Shown here piece after piece: positions 29,205-38,537 of a stretch of DNA of 64,000 bases. The position numbers were made by a program, and so were the translations under genes. Below the pieces are notes generated by a model. The model did not search any database. It was not told the DNA's origin and worked only from the letters and a program-made list of their open reading frames with translations. The stretch spans positions 5,443 to 69,442 of the forward strand of contig FR890814.1 of NCBI GenBank assembly GCA_000433035.1, written 5' to 3'. Numbering within the stretch: the stretch's first letter is position 1; each line of letters starts with the position of its first letter. The DNA is from Staphylococcus sp. CAG:324 (lineage in GTDB: Bacteria > Bacillota_I > Bacilli_A > ML615J-28 > CAG-313).

Positions 29205-30062
29205 ATGCTAGACATTGGTGAAATTGGAAAATTTATTGTAAAAAGAGAAACGGATATTAGTTACACTTTGAGTCCTGATGATATTGATTTAACAAATTAT
29301 GTTTTTTTGCATTTCAATCAGGCAACAAGAAAACTAAACATTGGTGAGAAAATTGAAGCCTTTTTATATTATGATCAAAAGAAAAGGCTATGTGCAACAA
29401 TGGAGAAACCACTAATTACAACTAAGCAATCAGGGTTTGTTGAAGTGGTAAATATTTGTGATGGAGGAGTTTTTGTCAATATTGGAATTGCTAAAGATAT
29501 TTTACTTTCAAATGATTATTTACCTAATAATAAACTAGCATGGCCACAACTTTCTGAAAAATTACCTTGTATTCTTAAAGCAAAAAAAGACCAATTGGTT
29601 GCAAAAATTATAAACAAAGAGGATTTAAAAAATTTAAAAATAGAACCTCTTTCTATTGGGACTAAAGTAGTCGCAACTGTTTGTAGACTTTTAAGTGATG
29701 GCATTGGTCTTTATACAAATGATTTTCAGTATATATATGTACATAAAAGTATGATGCGAAAAAAATATCATTTAGGAGAAATCGTTGAAGTGACTATTAT
29801 TAATATCAATAAAGAGGGAAATGCCAATGGCAGTTTTATTCAACAAAAAGAATTCGCTAGATTGGATGATTCTAAGCTCATTTTAAATTATTTAAAAACG
29901 ATGGGAGGAATTGTTCATCTTGGCAATGCTTCTTCTCCAGAAGAAATTAAAAAATTTTTTCCAATGAGCAAAAGTGCCTTTAAAAGAGCAGTTGGAGCTC
30001 TTTATAAAGATAAAATAATAGTAGTTGATGATGATTCAATAAAATTAATAAATAATAAATAA
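29205..30062 (+). CDS. cvfB: CvfB/YitL family S1-like RNA-binding protein.
   Basis: Tandem S1-like repeats plus a C-terminal winged-helix region. The size (285 aa) fits. Confidence 0.6.
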   Translation: MLDIGEIGKFIVKRETDISYTLSPDDIDLTNYVFLHFNQATRKLNIGEKIEAFLYYDQKKRLCATMEKPLITTKQSGFVEVVNICDGGVFVNIGIAKDILLSNDYLPNNKLAWPQLSEKLPCILKAKKDQLVAKIINKEDLKNLKIEPLSIGTKVVATVCRLLSDGIGLYTNDFQYIYVHKSMMRKKYHLGEIVEVTIININKEGNANGSFIQQKEFARLDDSKLILNYLKTMGGIVHLGNASSPEEIKKFFPMSKSAFKRAVGALYKDKIIVVDDDSIKLINNK

Positions 30063-30131
30063 AATTATAAAAGCAGATAGATGATTTACAAATTCAATCT
30101 ATCCGTTTTTATTTATTTTATACACTCTATT

Positions 30132-30584
30132 TTAGCATCCACAATCATCTTTTCCCGTAACAACTTCAAAATCGTTTTGATTTTCCTTTTCTAATCTTTG
30201 ATATCCTCCAAGATAAATGATAACCTTTTTATATTTTGCTTTTTTTAAAGCTTGTTGTAATTGTTGCACCCAACTGCCATCCTCATCTATAATAAAAATT
30301 GTTTTATCTTTTGAGTACATACTCTCTATTCTATAGATAAATTCATCCATATTGCCTTTTTCTATATCATAATTTATAAATCCACGAAAATGGCCTTTCG
30401 CAAAAGCATTATCTAAATCTCTTACATCAACCAAACAATAATTCTTTTTATTAGAATCAATATATTTATATATCTCATCTATAAAAGAGCGCTCTTCTCC
30501 TATTTGATAGACAGTTGTTTTTTGACAACTAGAAATCACTAAAAGCATCATTACAATTACAAAAATTAGATTAATTTTTTTCAT
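30132..30584 (-). CDS. Rhodanese-like domain lipoprotein, probably inactive (the catalytic Cys is replaced).
   Basis: Lipobox-like signal (LLVISSCQ). The rhodanese N-terminal motif is CLVDVRDLDNAFAKGHFRGFIN. Confidence 0.45.
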   Translation of the reverse strand: MKKINLIFVIVMMLLVISSCQKTTVYQIGEERSFIDEIYKYIDSNKKNYCLVDVRDLDNAFAKGHFRGFINYDIEKGNMDEFIYRIESMYSKDKTIFIIDEDGSWVQQLQQALKKAKYKKVIIYLGGYQRLEKENQNDFEVVTGKDDCGC

Positions 30585-31302
30585 TTTTAATCTCCTCTAA
30601 CATTTTTATATCTTGTTGGGACAAAGTATATTTTTCAAGTAGATCTGGTCTTTGTTTATAAGTTTTTTTCAATGCTTGATATCTTTTCCACTTTTCAATA
30701 TTAGCATGGTGACCGGATAAAAGAATTTCCGGTACTTTTTTATTATCATAAATTGCAGGCCTTGTATATTGAGGATATTCTAATAATCCCATAGTAAATG
30801 ATTCACCACTTGTAGACTCATCACTAATTACACCAGGAATTAAACGTGAAATAGCATCAACAAGTGCACATGCAGGAATTTCACCACCAGTTAAGACATA
30901 ATCACCAATTGATATTTCTTCATCAACATATTCTAAAATTCTTGCGTCAATTCCTTCATAATGACCACAAATAATAATAAAGTGATTATATTTACGAAGA
31001 GTTTCCACTTTTTTTTGATTCAGTAACACTCCACTAGGTGAGGTTAAAATTTTATACGCATTTTCAAAATCAGCGATATCTTTCATTGCTAAATGAATGG
31101 GTTCAACACTGATAAGCATTCCTGCTCCTCCACCATAAGCATAGTCGTCTACAGTTAAATGTTTATGAGTTGAATAATTACGAAAATTTATAATATTGAT
31201 CTCAATTATTTGTTTTTCAATTGCTCTTTTAAGAATTGAACTAGAAACAATTCCTTCAATCATTTCAGGAAAAAGAGTTAAAATATCAAATTTTACTGAC
31301 AT
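30571..31302 (-). CDS. trmD: tRNA (guanine37-N1)-methyltransferase.
   Basis: FDILTLFPEM...GGGAGM...ICGHYEGIDARI. Confidence 0.9.
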   Translation of the reverse strand: MSVKFDILTLFPEMIEGIVSSSILKRAIEKQIIEINIINFRNYSTHKHLTVDDYAYGGGAGMLISVEPIHLAMKDIADFENAYKILTSPSGVLLNQKKVETLRKYNHFIIICGHYEGIDARILEYVDEEISIGDYVLTGGEIPACALVDAISRLIPGVISDESTSGESFTMGLLEYPQYTRPAIYDNKKVPEILLSGHHANIEKWKRYQALKKTYKQRPDLLEKYTLSQQDIKMLEEIKNEKN

Positions 31303-31799
31303 AAATCGATTACCTTCACAATAATTTTATCTTCTAAAATGTGTATAATATATTCATCTACAAAAGGAATTAACATTTTATCTGCTTTCGTTTTTATTTC
31401 TAAAATATATCCTTGTGGCACTTCAATCAAATCCCAAACTTCACCTAAATTATTGTCATTTTCATCAACCACTTTTAATCCAATCAAATCATCTAAATAA
31501 TACTCATCCGAATTTAATGTTGGAAAATCCTCATATTTAGCATAAATATCACAACCAATATAATGAGAAACTAAATTAATATCGTTTAAGTTATCAATTT
31601 GAATTAAAATCGTTTTTTTATGAATTCTCATTGAAGTAACGACTGCCTCTTTTGCTATTTTTTTACTTTTCAGATAAATATGGGCTCCTATTCTAAAACG
31701 ATAATCTATAAAATCACTTTCAGAATAAATTTTTAATTCCCCTTTTATTCCAAAAACACCAATGATTTTTCCAATATTGATTAATTTATCGCTTTGCAT
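31293..31799 (-). CDS. rimM: 16S rRNA processing protein RimM.
   Basis: Size, the IGKIIGVFGIKGELKI motif, and its position upstream of trmD. Confidence 0.8.
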   Translation of the reverse strand: MQSDKLINIGKIIGVFGIKGELKIYSESDFIDYRFRIGAHIYLKSKKIAKEAVVTSMRIHKKTILIQIDNLNDINLVSHYIGCDIYAKYEDFPTLNSDEYYLDDLIGLKVVDENDNNLGEVWDLIEVPQGYILEIKTKADKMLIPFVDEYIIHILEDKIIVKVIDLCQ

Positions 31800-34215
31800 T
31801 TGTTTGTTCCTCTTTCAAATCTTTTTTATTGTGATATAATCTCATAATTAATAGTGAATTTAAAATTGCTAAAAGAGAAATTCCAACATCAGAAAAAATA
31901 GCAATGCCTAGTGGTAGTTCCATCTTTTCACCATCTTTCGTAACAAAAAATCCTAATAGAATAGCAAGAATCATCACAATAAATTTAACTGTTAAACTTA
32001 AAATGATATTTTGAATTACTTTTCTTCTTGTATATTTTGCAATTTTAAATGCCTCATTAATCTTTAACAAATTATCCCCCATTATTACCATATCAGCAAT
32101 CGCAATGGTAGCATCACTTCCTGTATTCCCCATTGCAATTCCAATATCTGCACTAGCAATAACAGGGGCATCATTGATACCATCGCCTATAAAAATAGTT
32201 TTCCCCACTGATTGTTTTTTAATTTCTTCTAAAATTTCTACTTTTTGATGAGGTAATAATTCTGCATGATATCCATCAACGTCAATTTGCTTGGCCACAC
32301 TGCTAGCAATTGCTACTGAATCCCCCGTTAACATAAAACACTTCTTTCCATATTTGTGCAAATATTTAATCGTTGTAAGGGCTTCTTCTTTAATAACATC
32401 CCCAATTTCAACATATCCTTGATAAATTTTATTCTTTACAATATGAACAACTAAATTACAACTTTCAATTTGAGGTAATTCAATTTTATTCGCATTCATT
32501 AATTTATCATTTCCTATTAAAATTTTGTTGCCATTGATAGTAGCCTTCGCTCCTCCTGTAATATCTTGAAAATCTGTAATAATCTCTGGAAAAATCTTAT
32601 CCCGACCAAAATTATCAACAATTGAAATTCCGATTGGGTGATTAGAATAATATTCCGCATGAATCAATATATTCAATAATCTTTCTTCTGTCACTTCTTC
32701 CACCATTGGAACAACCTTGACAACATTAAAAACGCCTTTTGTAATCGTTCCCGTTTTATCAAAAACAACATTTTCTACCTTATTTAAAGTTTCAATATAA
32801 TTGCTACCTTTAACAAGAATTCCCCTTCTACTACAAGTTCCAATTGAAGAAAAGTAACAAAGAGGAATAGATATAACAAGAGCACAAGGGCATGATATTA
32901 CTAAAAATTCCATTGCAGTATAGATCCAATGTCTAAAATTACTAGTATCAAAGATACTACCTAGAACAGATATCATCAATGCTAAAAATACCACAATAGG
33001 CGTATAATATTTCGCAAAACGTGTAATCATCGTTTCAGCTTTCCCTTTACTGCTCGTAGCATTTTCCACCAAATCCATAATTTTAGAAATCATTGAATCA
33101 CCATATGGTTTAGTAACTTGAATTTCAATAATTTTTCCCATATTAACACTACCACTTAAAATTTCACTACCTATATCAACACTTCTTAACATACTTTCAC
33201 CTGTTAAATTTTTAGTATCAATATTCGTTTTACCATTAAACACTTTTCCATCAGTTGGAATAATTTCACCCTTATTTACAATAACAATATCACCAGGCAT
33301 CAAGGTTTCTACATCTACTTCAGTTATTTCAGTATCTAATTTTAATTTTGCCGTTTTCACATCAAAGTCTAATAAATCTTTGATAGAACGTCTAGAATGA
33401 TTGATGGCTTTATTTTGTAGAAATTCACCAATCTGATATAAAGCAACAACCATTACAGCTTCACTTGCGTGGGATGTACAAAAAGCTCCGATACTTGCAA
33501 CACTCATTAAAAAAGTTTCATCTAATAAATGACCTTTAAATAAATTTTTAAAAAATCTTGTTAAAACGGGATATCCAATTAAAAGATAAGGAACAATGTA
33601 GCAATAAAAAGGAATAACAAAAAAAGCACTAATGATACACATAATAACAAAAATTGTTATACCTGTTGAAAAAGTAATGACGGTTTTCTTAGAAAGTTTT
33701 TTTTCATCTTCAAAGCGCTGAAGTTTATTCATCTTACTATCAACAACAATAATTCGATCATCTACATGATGGGCAATTCGATTTACATTTACAAATAAAT
33801 TATCAATAACATTTTTGCTATACGTTTCAATTATAAATCTACCTGTTGAAAAATCAACAATAATTTGTTCATAATCTAACGATTTTTTCGCAATGGTTTC
33901 AATCCTTGCGGCACAATGAGCACAATCCAAATTCTTTAAATATAGAACTTTCCGATATTTTTCTTTATTATCAATTCTAATCATCATTGCCTTTTTTTCA
34001 TATTCATGAATAGCTTTTAAAATTAGTTCTTCAATTTTAAATAATTCTTGCTCAGTTAATTCTAAAGTTGAATCATATTCAATATGTATTACATTTTTAC
34101 TATTTTCAATAGAAACTGATTTAATCGGTTCAATCTTTTTGATTTCATTGCATATTCTTTTAAAATTTTTATTACTGGTAACTTTTAAAAGTTGATAATT
34201 CTTAACTTGAATCAT
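31786..34215 (-). CDS. Heavy-metal P1B-type ATPase with an N-terminal HMA domain (LDCAHCAARIE) and a CPC motif.
   Basis: VISCPCALVISIPL, DKTGTITKG and GDGINDAP. Its 3' end overlaps the rimM start by 14 nt. Confidence 0.85.
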   Translation of the reverse strand: MIQVKNYQLLKVTSNKNFKRICNEIKKIEPIKSVSIENSKNVIHIEYDSTLELTEQELFKIEELILKAIHEYEKKAMMIRIDNKEKYRKVLYLKNLDCAHCAARIETIAKKSLDYEQIIVDFSTGRFIIETYSKNVIDNLFVNVNRIAHHVDDRIIVVDSKMNKLQRFEDEKKLSKKTVITFSTGITIFVIMCIISAFFVIPFYCYIVPYLLIGYPVLTRFFKNLFKGHLLDETFLMSVASIGAFCTSHASEAVMVVALYQIGEFLQNKAINHSRRSIKDLLDFDVKTAKLKLDTEITEVDVETLMPGDIVIVNKGEIIPTDGKVFNGKTNIDTKNLTGESMLRSVDIGSEILSGSVNMGKIIEIQVTKPYGDSMISKIMDLVENATSSKGKAETMITRFAKYYTPIVVFLALMISVLGSIFDTSNFRHWIYTAMEFLVISCPCALVISIPLCYFSSIGTCSRRGILVKGSNYIETLNKVENVVFDKTGTITKGVFNVVKVVPMVEEVTEERLLNILIHAEYYSNHPIGISIVDNFGRDKIFPEIITDFQDITGGAKATINGNKILIGNDKLMNANKIELPQIESCNLVVHIVKNKIYQGYVEIGDVIKEEALTTIKYLHKYGKKCFMLTGDSVAIASSVAKQIDVDGYHAELLPHQKVEILEEIKKQSVGKTIFIGDGINDAPVIASADIGIAMGNTGSDATIAIADMVIMGDNLLKINEAFKIAKYTRRKVIQNIILSLTVKFIVMILAILLGFFVTKDGEKMELPLGIAIFSDVGISLLAILNSLLIMRLYHNKKDLKEEQTNAKR

Positions 34216-34505
34216 TTGATCACCCCACTATTGAGCGTTTGTTCTAAAAAAGATTTAATTTTATCATCCTTTAAGCGATAAAATATTTGTTTACCATATC
34301 TACTAGCCTCCACTATCCTAGCATCTTTTAATAACCTTAAATGATGTGAAGCAAGAGGTTGACTTATGTTTAAATGACTAGCTAATTGATTGACACTACT
34401 TTCTTGTGTTAATAAATATATAACGATTTCTAATCGAACGATATCTCCTAATAAATTAAGAGTTGTAGCTAAATTTTTTATTGAATTTATATTTATAGAT
34501 TCCAT
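34212..34505 (-). CDS. ArsR/SmtB family HTH regulator containing no cysteine.
   Basis: LASHHLRLLKDARIV recognition helix. There is no ELCVCD-type or alpha5 His-rich site. It overlaps the ATPase start (ATGA). Confidence 0.65.
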   Translation of the reverse strand: MESININSIKNLATTLNLLGDIVRLEIVIYLLTQESSVNQLASHLNISQPLASHHLRLLKDARIVEASRYGKQIFYRLKDDKIKSFLEQTLNSGVIK

Positions 34506-34646
34506 ATTTTTTAACCTCTATATATAAATATATGTTTATACGTTTATATATTATACCAATATATTTTTTTATTACAATTATTAGGCTTAAGAAAAAGACA
34601 TTTTATAAGAATCAAATCATTATAAAATGCCTTTTTTATATCTATC

Positions 34647-34910
34647 TTAATCCTCTTTTGCATCAAACTCTATTTCCAGACTTTGCTTTTGGCGAATAGC
34701 TGCCGCATGAGCTATCGTTCTAATTGCGCTTGCAACCCGACCCTTTTTCCCTATAACTCTTCCCAAATCATCTTGATGAACTAAAGCTTTCACTAAAACT
34801 TTTTCTCCTTCTACAAAACTAGTTGTACACACTTCATCAGGATGAGTTACAAGGGGCTTGATTAATTGGGCAACTAAGCTTTCATAATTCAATTCAGCCA
34901 TTCTTATCAC
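34647..34910 (-). CDS. KH-domain RNA-binding protein (YlqC-like).
   Basis: GRVIGKKGRVASAIRTI is a KH GxxG loop. It sits in the conserved position downstream of rpsP. Confidence 0.75.
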   Translation of the reverse strand: MIRMAELNYESLVAQLIKPLVTHPDEVCTTSFVEGEKVLVKALVHQDDLGRVIGKKGRVASAIRTIAHAAAIRQKQSLEIEFDAKED

Positions 34911-35183
34911 CTATTCAGCTTTGGCTTTTTCTTCTAAGAATTTAACAATTAATCCTTCTTTTGTAAGTAGTGATTTAACAGTATCCGTTGGTTTTGCACC
35001 TGCCTTTAACCATTTCATTACTTTTTCAGTATCGAATTTGATAGTAGCAGGATTAGTTAGTGGATTGTATGTTCCTACAACCTCAATATAACGCCCATCA
35101 CGAGGATTGCGAGAATCGGTTGCTACAATACGATAAAAAGGATTCTTTTTTGATCCATATCTTTGAGATCTTAATCTTACCAT
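34911..35183 (-). CDS. rpsP: 30S ribosomal protein S16.
   Basis: [34 protein letters not shown]. The start was moved to the ATG after AGGAGG. Confidence 0.9.
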   Translation of the reverse strand: MVRLRSQRYGSKKNPFYRIVATDSRNPRDGRYIEVVGTYNPLTNPATIKFDTEKVMKWLKAGAKPTDTVKSLLTKEGLIVKFLEEKAKAE

Positions 35184-35214
35184 AAATTTGTACCTCCTAT
35201 ATTTAATACAAAAG

Positions 35215-35264
35215 TAGTATAACATATTTTAAAGCAAGTGTCAAGTATTTTAACTTGACACTTG
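35215..35264 (-). promoter_or_regulatory. rpsP promoter TTGACA-18-TATACT. The -35 element lies inside one arm of a 12-bp perfect inverted repeat (CAAGTGTCAAGT / ACTTGACACTTG), which also serves as the terminator of the upstream gene.
   Basis: Read directly from the sequence. Confidence 0.45.
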
Positions 35265-35501
35265 TTAACTATTGAAATATTTAATCATACCATTAATAAA
35301 ATCAATTTGTTTTTTTAAATTTGCAATTTTATCACTTGATGTCATCTTTAAATTGGTTTTCACTTCTTTTTCAAAATCATTTATCGTTAAAGGGTCTTGA
35401 TTCAAATAAATATACCATTTAGGATTATATCTCAAATAATTGGTATAAATTTCACTTGAATAAATTTTATCCAAAACACTTTTTACCATTAATCCCACCA
35501 A
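35265..35501 (-). CDS. Hypothetical protein of 78 aa.
   Basis: Intact ORF. Its start overlaps the upstream gene's end by 13 nt. Confidence 0.35.
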   Translation of the reverse strand: MVGLMVKSVLDKIYSSEIYTNYLRYNPKWYIYLNQDPLTINDFEKEVKTNLKMTSSDKIANLKKQIDFINGMIKYFNS

Positions 35502-35857
35502 CTATTGTAATTATTATTATAAATTCCTGTTGGTTTACCTCCAAAACTTTGCGTAATCTGTAGTACTTTTTGAATCGTATTTAATGTTTTACTGATTGAA
35601 TCTGGATCAATCTTTTTTACATAATTAATTACGTTTTTAATGCTTGTTTGGGATAATAAATCTTCAATCGTATTGGCATTCGTTTTTGTTGTTTTATTTG
35701 CAACTGTTTGGTACTTCTGCCACATTGGATCCCCTTCGCCTAAAATTACCCAATTTTCATATACTTTTTGCCACGTATATGTACCATTTAAAACATCATC
35801 TTTGACGCCCGGATATCTTGCAACAAAATCTCTGAATTCATCCATTCTGCTTGCCAT
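35489..35857 (-). CDS. Hypothetical protein of 122 aa.
   Basis: Intact ORF. Confidence 0.35.
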   Translation of the reverse strand: MASRMDEFRDFVARYPGVKDDVLNGTYTWQKVYENWVILGEGDPMWQKYQTVANKTTKTNANTIEDLLSQTSIKNVINYVKKIDPDSISKTLNTIQKVLQITQSFGGKPTGIYNNNYNSWWD

Positions 35858-35949
35858 TTTAAATTCCTCCCTACTTTAATTTATTAATATGATAAATTTT
35901 TTGTGACAAAAGTTTGAAAAAAACATAGAATACAAGTGAAAGGAGAAAT

Positions 35950-36207
35950 ATGATGTTTCAATTTTTAAAAAAGAGCGGACAAAGAAATAATAACTATACT
36001 CCATCTTATCCTAGTCCCTACCAAAGTCAGCCATATCAACAGCCTAACTATATGCAACCAAATACCAATCAATATGATTTAAATATGATTCATACAGAAA
36101 TCAATGAACTCAAAAGAGAAATTAATGATTTATATCAACGCATAAATCGACTTGAAAGCTTTTTAGGAGTACGAGATAATAATCAACCTAATTCAAATTT
36201 TTCATAA
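35950..36207 (+). CDS. Q/N/P/Y-rich small protein with a C-terminal coiled coil. It could be a spore-coat-like low-complexity protein.
   Basis: YPSPYQSQPYQQPNYMQPNTNQ followed by INELKREINDLYQRINRLESF. Confidence 0.35.
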   Translation: MMFQFLKKSGQRNNNYTPSYPSPYQSQPYQQPNYMQPNTNQYDLNMIHTEINELKREINDLYQRINRLESFLGVRDNNQPNSNFS

Positions 36208-36499
36208 GATGATAAATTGATATTCCCGTTTTATCATAAAAATTTTTATTGTATCGTTTTTCTAATGCTATACTATTCACTGTCATTCGATATTCTATGT
36301 AGGACGTTTTTAGTGTCTCAAAACTAATTTTATGCTTTACATACTTTTCTACATTATTATAAAAATTAATAATTTTAATCATTTCTTCTGTTGTAAACAT
36401 ATCATAGTCGATATTATAACTATCATTATTTTCTTTTACATTATCCACAATGTTATTAGCGTTTACTTTTATATGTTTTCTACTTTTCATATTCTTCAC
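36188..36499 (-). CDS. Hypothetical protein of 103 aa.
   Basis: Intact ORF. It converges on the preceding gene. Confidence 0.3.
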   Translation of the reverse strand: MKNMKSRKHIKVNANNIVDNVKENNDSYNIDYDMFTTEEMIKIINFYNNVEKYVKHKISFETLKTSYIEYRMTVNSIALEKRYNKNFYDKTGISIYHLMKNLN

Positions 36500-36610
36500 C
36501 CCATTTATTATAACACAAAAATTGCCATTTAGGCAAAAGAATTAACACTACAAAAATTTATGCATACTATAAAGTAGAAACGAGACTGTTTCAAAAAAAG
36601 GAGGGAAACT

Positions 36611-36753
36611 ATGTATCAACCTAACTATGGTTATAATTGTTGCGCACAAACTAATCCTTGTTGTGGCACAGGCAACACATTTGGTGGTTATGGCTACGCT
36701 TTAATCCTTGTGTTATTCATTTTATTAGTAATTATTGGTACTGCACGTTGGTA
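36611..36753 (+). CDS. YjcZ-family small sporulation protein of 47 aa.
   Basis: MYQPNYGYNCCAQTNPCCGTGNTFGGYGYALILVLFILLVIIGTARW. The GYALILVLFILLVIIG hydrophobic tail is typical of YjcZ. The gene has a strong RBS AAGGAGG. It is missing from the ORF track because it is under 60 aa. Confidence 0.6.
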
Positions 36754-36801
36754 ATTTAAACCAAACTCTCAAAAAGGTTCTAGGAGGAACCTTTTTTGAT
36801 T
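36720..36801. repeat. Left copy of an 82-bp direct repeat, comprising the last 34 nt of the yjcZ-like CDS plus its bidirectional terminator (AAAAAGGTTC-taggag-GAACCTTTTT).
   Basis: It matches 45378-45459 at 81 of 82 positions. Confidence 0.8.
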
Positions 36802-38537
36802 TATATTTTATCACTAATCTTTTTTAACATATTGTTAAAAGTAGAATTTTTTCGTTCTCTTAATTGTTTTATAGTTCCATACTCAATAATTTTACCATCA
36901 TTCATTACAATTACTTTGTCACAATTTAAAATATTATAAATACGATGAGAAGTAATCAACATTATTTTATCATTCATTTTATATAATTTACTTAATATAT
37001 CTTTTTCATTTGTTACATCTAGTGCTGAGGTGATTTCATCTAATAAAAATAATTTAGCATTTTTGTATATTGCATTTGCAATATTAATACGTTGAATTTC
37101 ACCACCTGATAAATTATCCTCATAATTTGAAATTTTTGTTTTATCTTTTTCTGGCAAACTTTCAATTAAATTATTTAATTTAGCCTCTTCTATACTTTTT
37201 TGATAATTTTTTTCATCAAATTCAAGTGGATAAATAATATTATCCCTTATACTAACATTAAATAATTTTAAATCTTGTTGTACATATGCAATATTATTTC
37301 TCAAAGAAAATAAACTAATTTTATTTAAATCTATATTATTAATAAGAATTTGTCCTTCATTAGGAATTATGATTCTAGTTATTAAATCAAAAAGTGTTGT
37401 TTTCCCTCCTCCAGACATTCCTACTATACCTAATTTTTCTCCTTTTTCAACTTTAAAATTTAATTTTTTTACTTCGAACAATCCATCACCATATTTAAAA
37501 CTTACATCAATAAATTCAATACTATAGATATCGTCTATATTAATACCATCATATATATTTGTTTCTGGTTCTATGCTATAAATTTCATCCAGCTTTTCCA
37601 TAGAATTTTTTATAATTTTTGAAGAAATATTTACATTTAATAGCACTCTAAAAGAGCTATAAATTTTAGGTATTATTGTTAAAAAAGATATTAATATACC
37701 AGTTGTTATAGTACTAAAATCTTTTATAATATACCATATTCCAATAAAAATTATTACAATATACATTATATTTATTATTAAATCTCCCATTATAAATCTA
37801 TTTAAGCTATGAGTAATTGAAGTCTTTTTTTTATGCTTATAAAGGCTATCAAGCCATAAATTAAATTTTTCATTTTCCTTTTGGTGGCCATTTGTTATTT
37901 TAATTTTTTTTATTCTTTTGCATGAAGTCAAAATTAATTCTTGACCACTTTCTAAAATCTCAATATATTCTTTATCATTTTTTTTACTAATCTTGGAAAT
38001 AAATTTAGCTAAAAAATAAAATAGAGGAAATAAAGCAAAAATAATTATTGCAAATTTTTTATCAATTTTAATCATTGTTATAACAACAATTAATAAAAAT
38101 ATACTTTCAGAAAAAAAGCCAACAATATCATTTACAAAATAAACTTCTCCAATCTTCCCTGTTTCTCTAGTTATTCTTGACATAACCTGAGAATCACTAT
38201 ATTTATTTATTTTTAAATATTTTGCATTTAATACACACTCAAAAGCAGTCCTTCTCAATGATGAAGTAATATAATTACCAAGCTTAGTTGATAAAAATGT
38301 TTTAAAAATATCTAATAATAATAACGATAATGATATACTAATCATTTTAATTATTATTATTATTAACAAATTTACATCTTTATTAGGAACTACTTTATCT
38401 ATGATATCTACTATTATTAATGAATTCTTTAATTTTAAATAGGAAATTGCTATCATTAAAATTATTAATATTATTATTATAAATATTTGTTTTTTTGTAC
38501 AATTTACAAGTATTTTATGTGTATTAATTGTTTTCAT
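36801..38537 (-). CDS. ABC transporter with fused permease and ATPase domains (lasso peptide D-type exporter; RiPP export and immunity).
   Basis: N-terminal 6-TM domain. Walker A GMSGGGKTT, signature LSGGE and Walker B LLDEITSALD. Its stop codon abuts the direct repeat. Confidence 0.75.
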   Translation of the reverse strand: MKTINTHKILVNCTKKQIFIIIILIILMIAISYLKLKNSLIIVDIIDKVVPNKDVNLLIIIIIKMISISLSLLLLDIFKTFLSTKLGNYITSSLRRTAFECVLNAKYLKINKYSDSQVMSRITRETGKIGEVYFVNDIVGFFSESIFLLIVVITMIKIDKKFAIIIFALFPLFYFLAKFISKISKKNDKEYIEILESGQELILTSCKRIKKIKITNGHQKENEKFNLWLDSLYKHKKKTSITHSLNRFIMGDLIINIMYIVIIFIGIWYIIKDFSTITTGILISFLTIIPKIYSSFRVLLNVNISSKIIKNSMEKLDEIYSIEPETNIYDGINIDDIYSIEFIDVSFKYGDGLFEVKKLNFKVEKGEKLGIVGMSGGGKTTLFDLITRIIIPNEGQILINNIDLNKISLFSLRNNIAYVQQDLKLFNVSIRDNIIYPLEFDEKNYQKSIEEAKLNNLIESLPEKDKTKISNYEDNLSGGEIQRINIANAIYKNAKLFLLDEITSALDVTNEKDILSKLYKMNDKIMLITSHRIYNILNCDKVIVMNDGKIIEYGTIKQLRERKNSTFNNMLKKISDKI

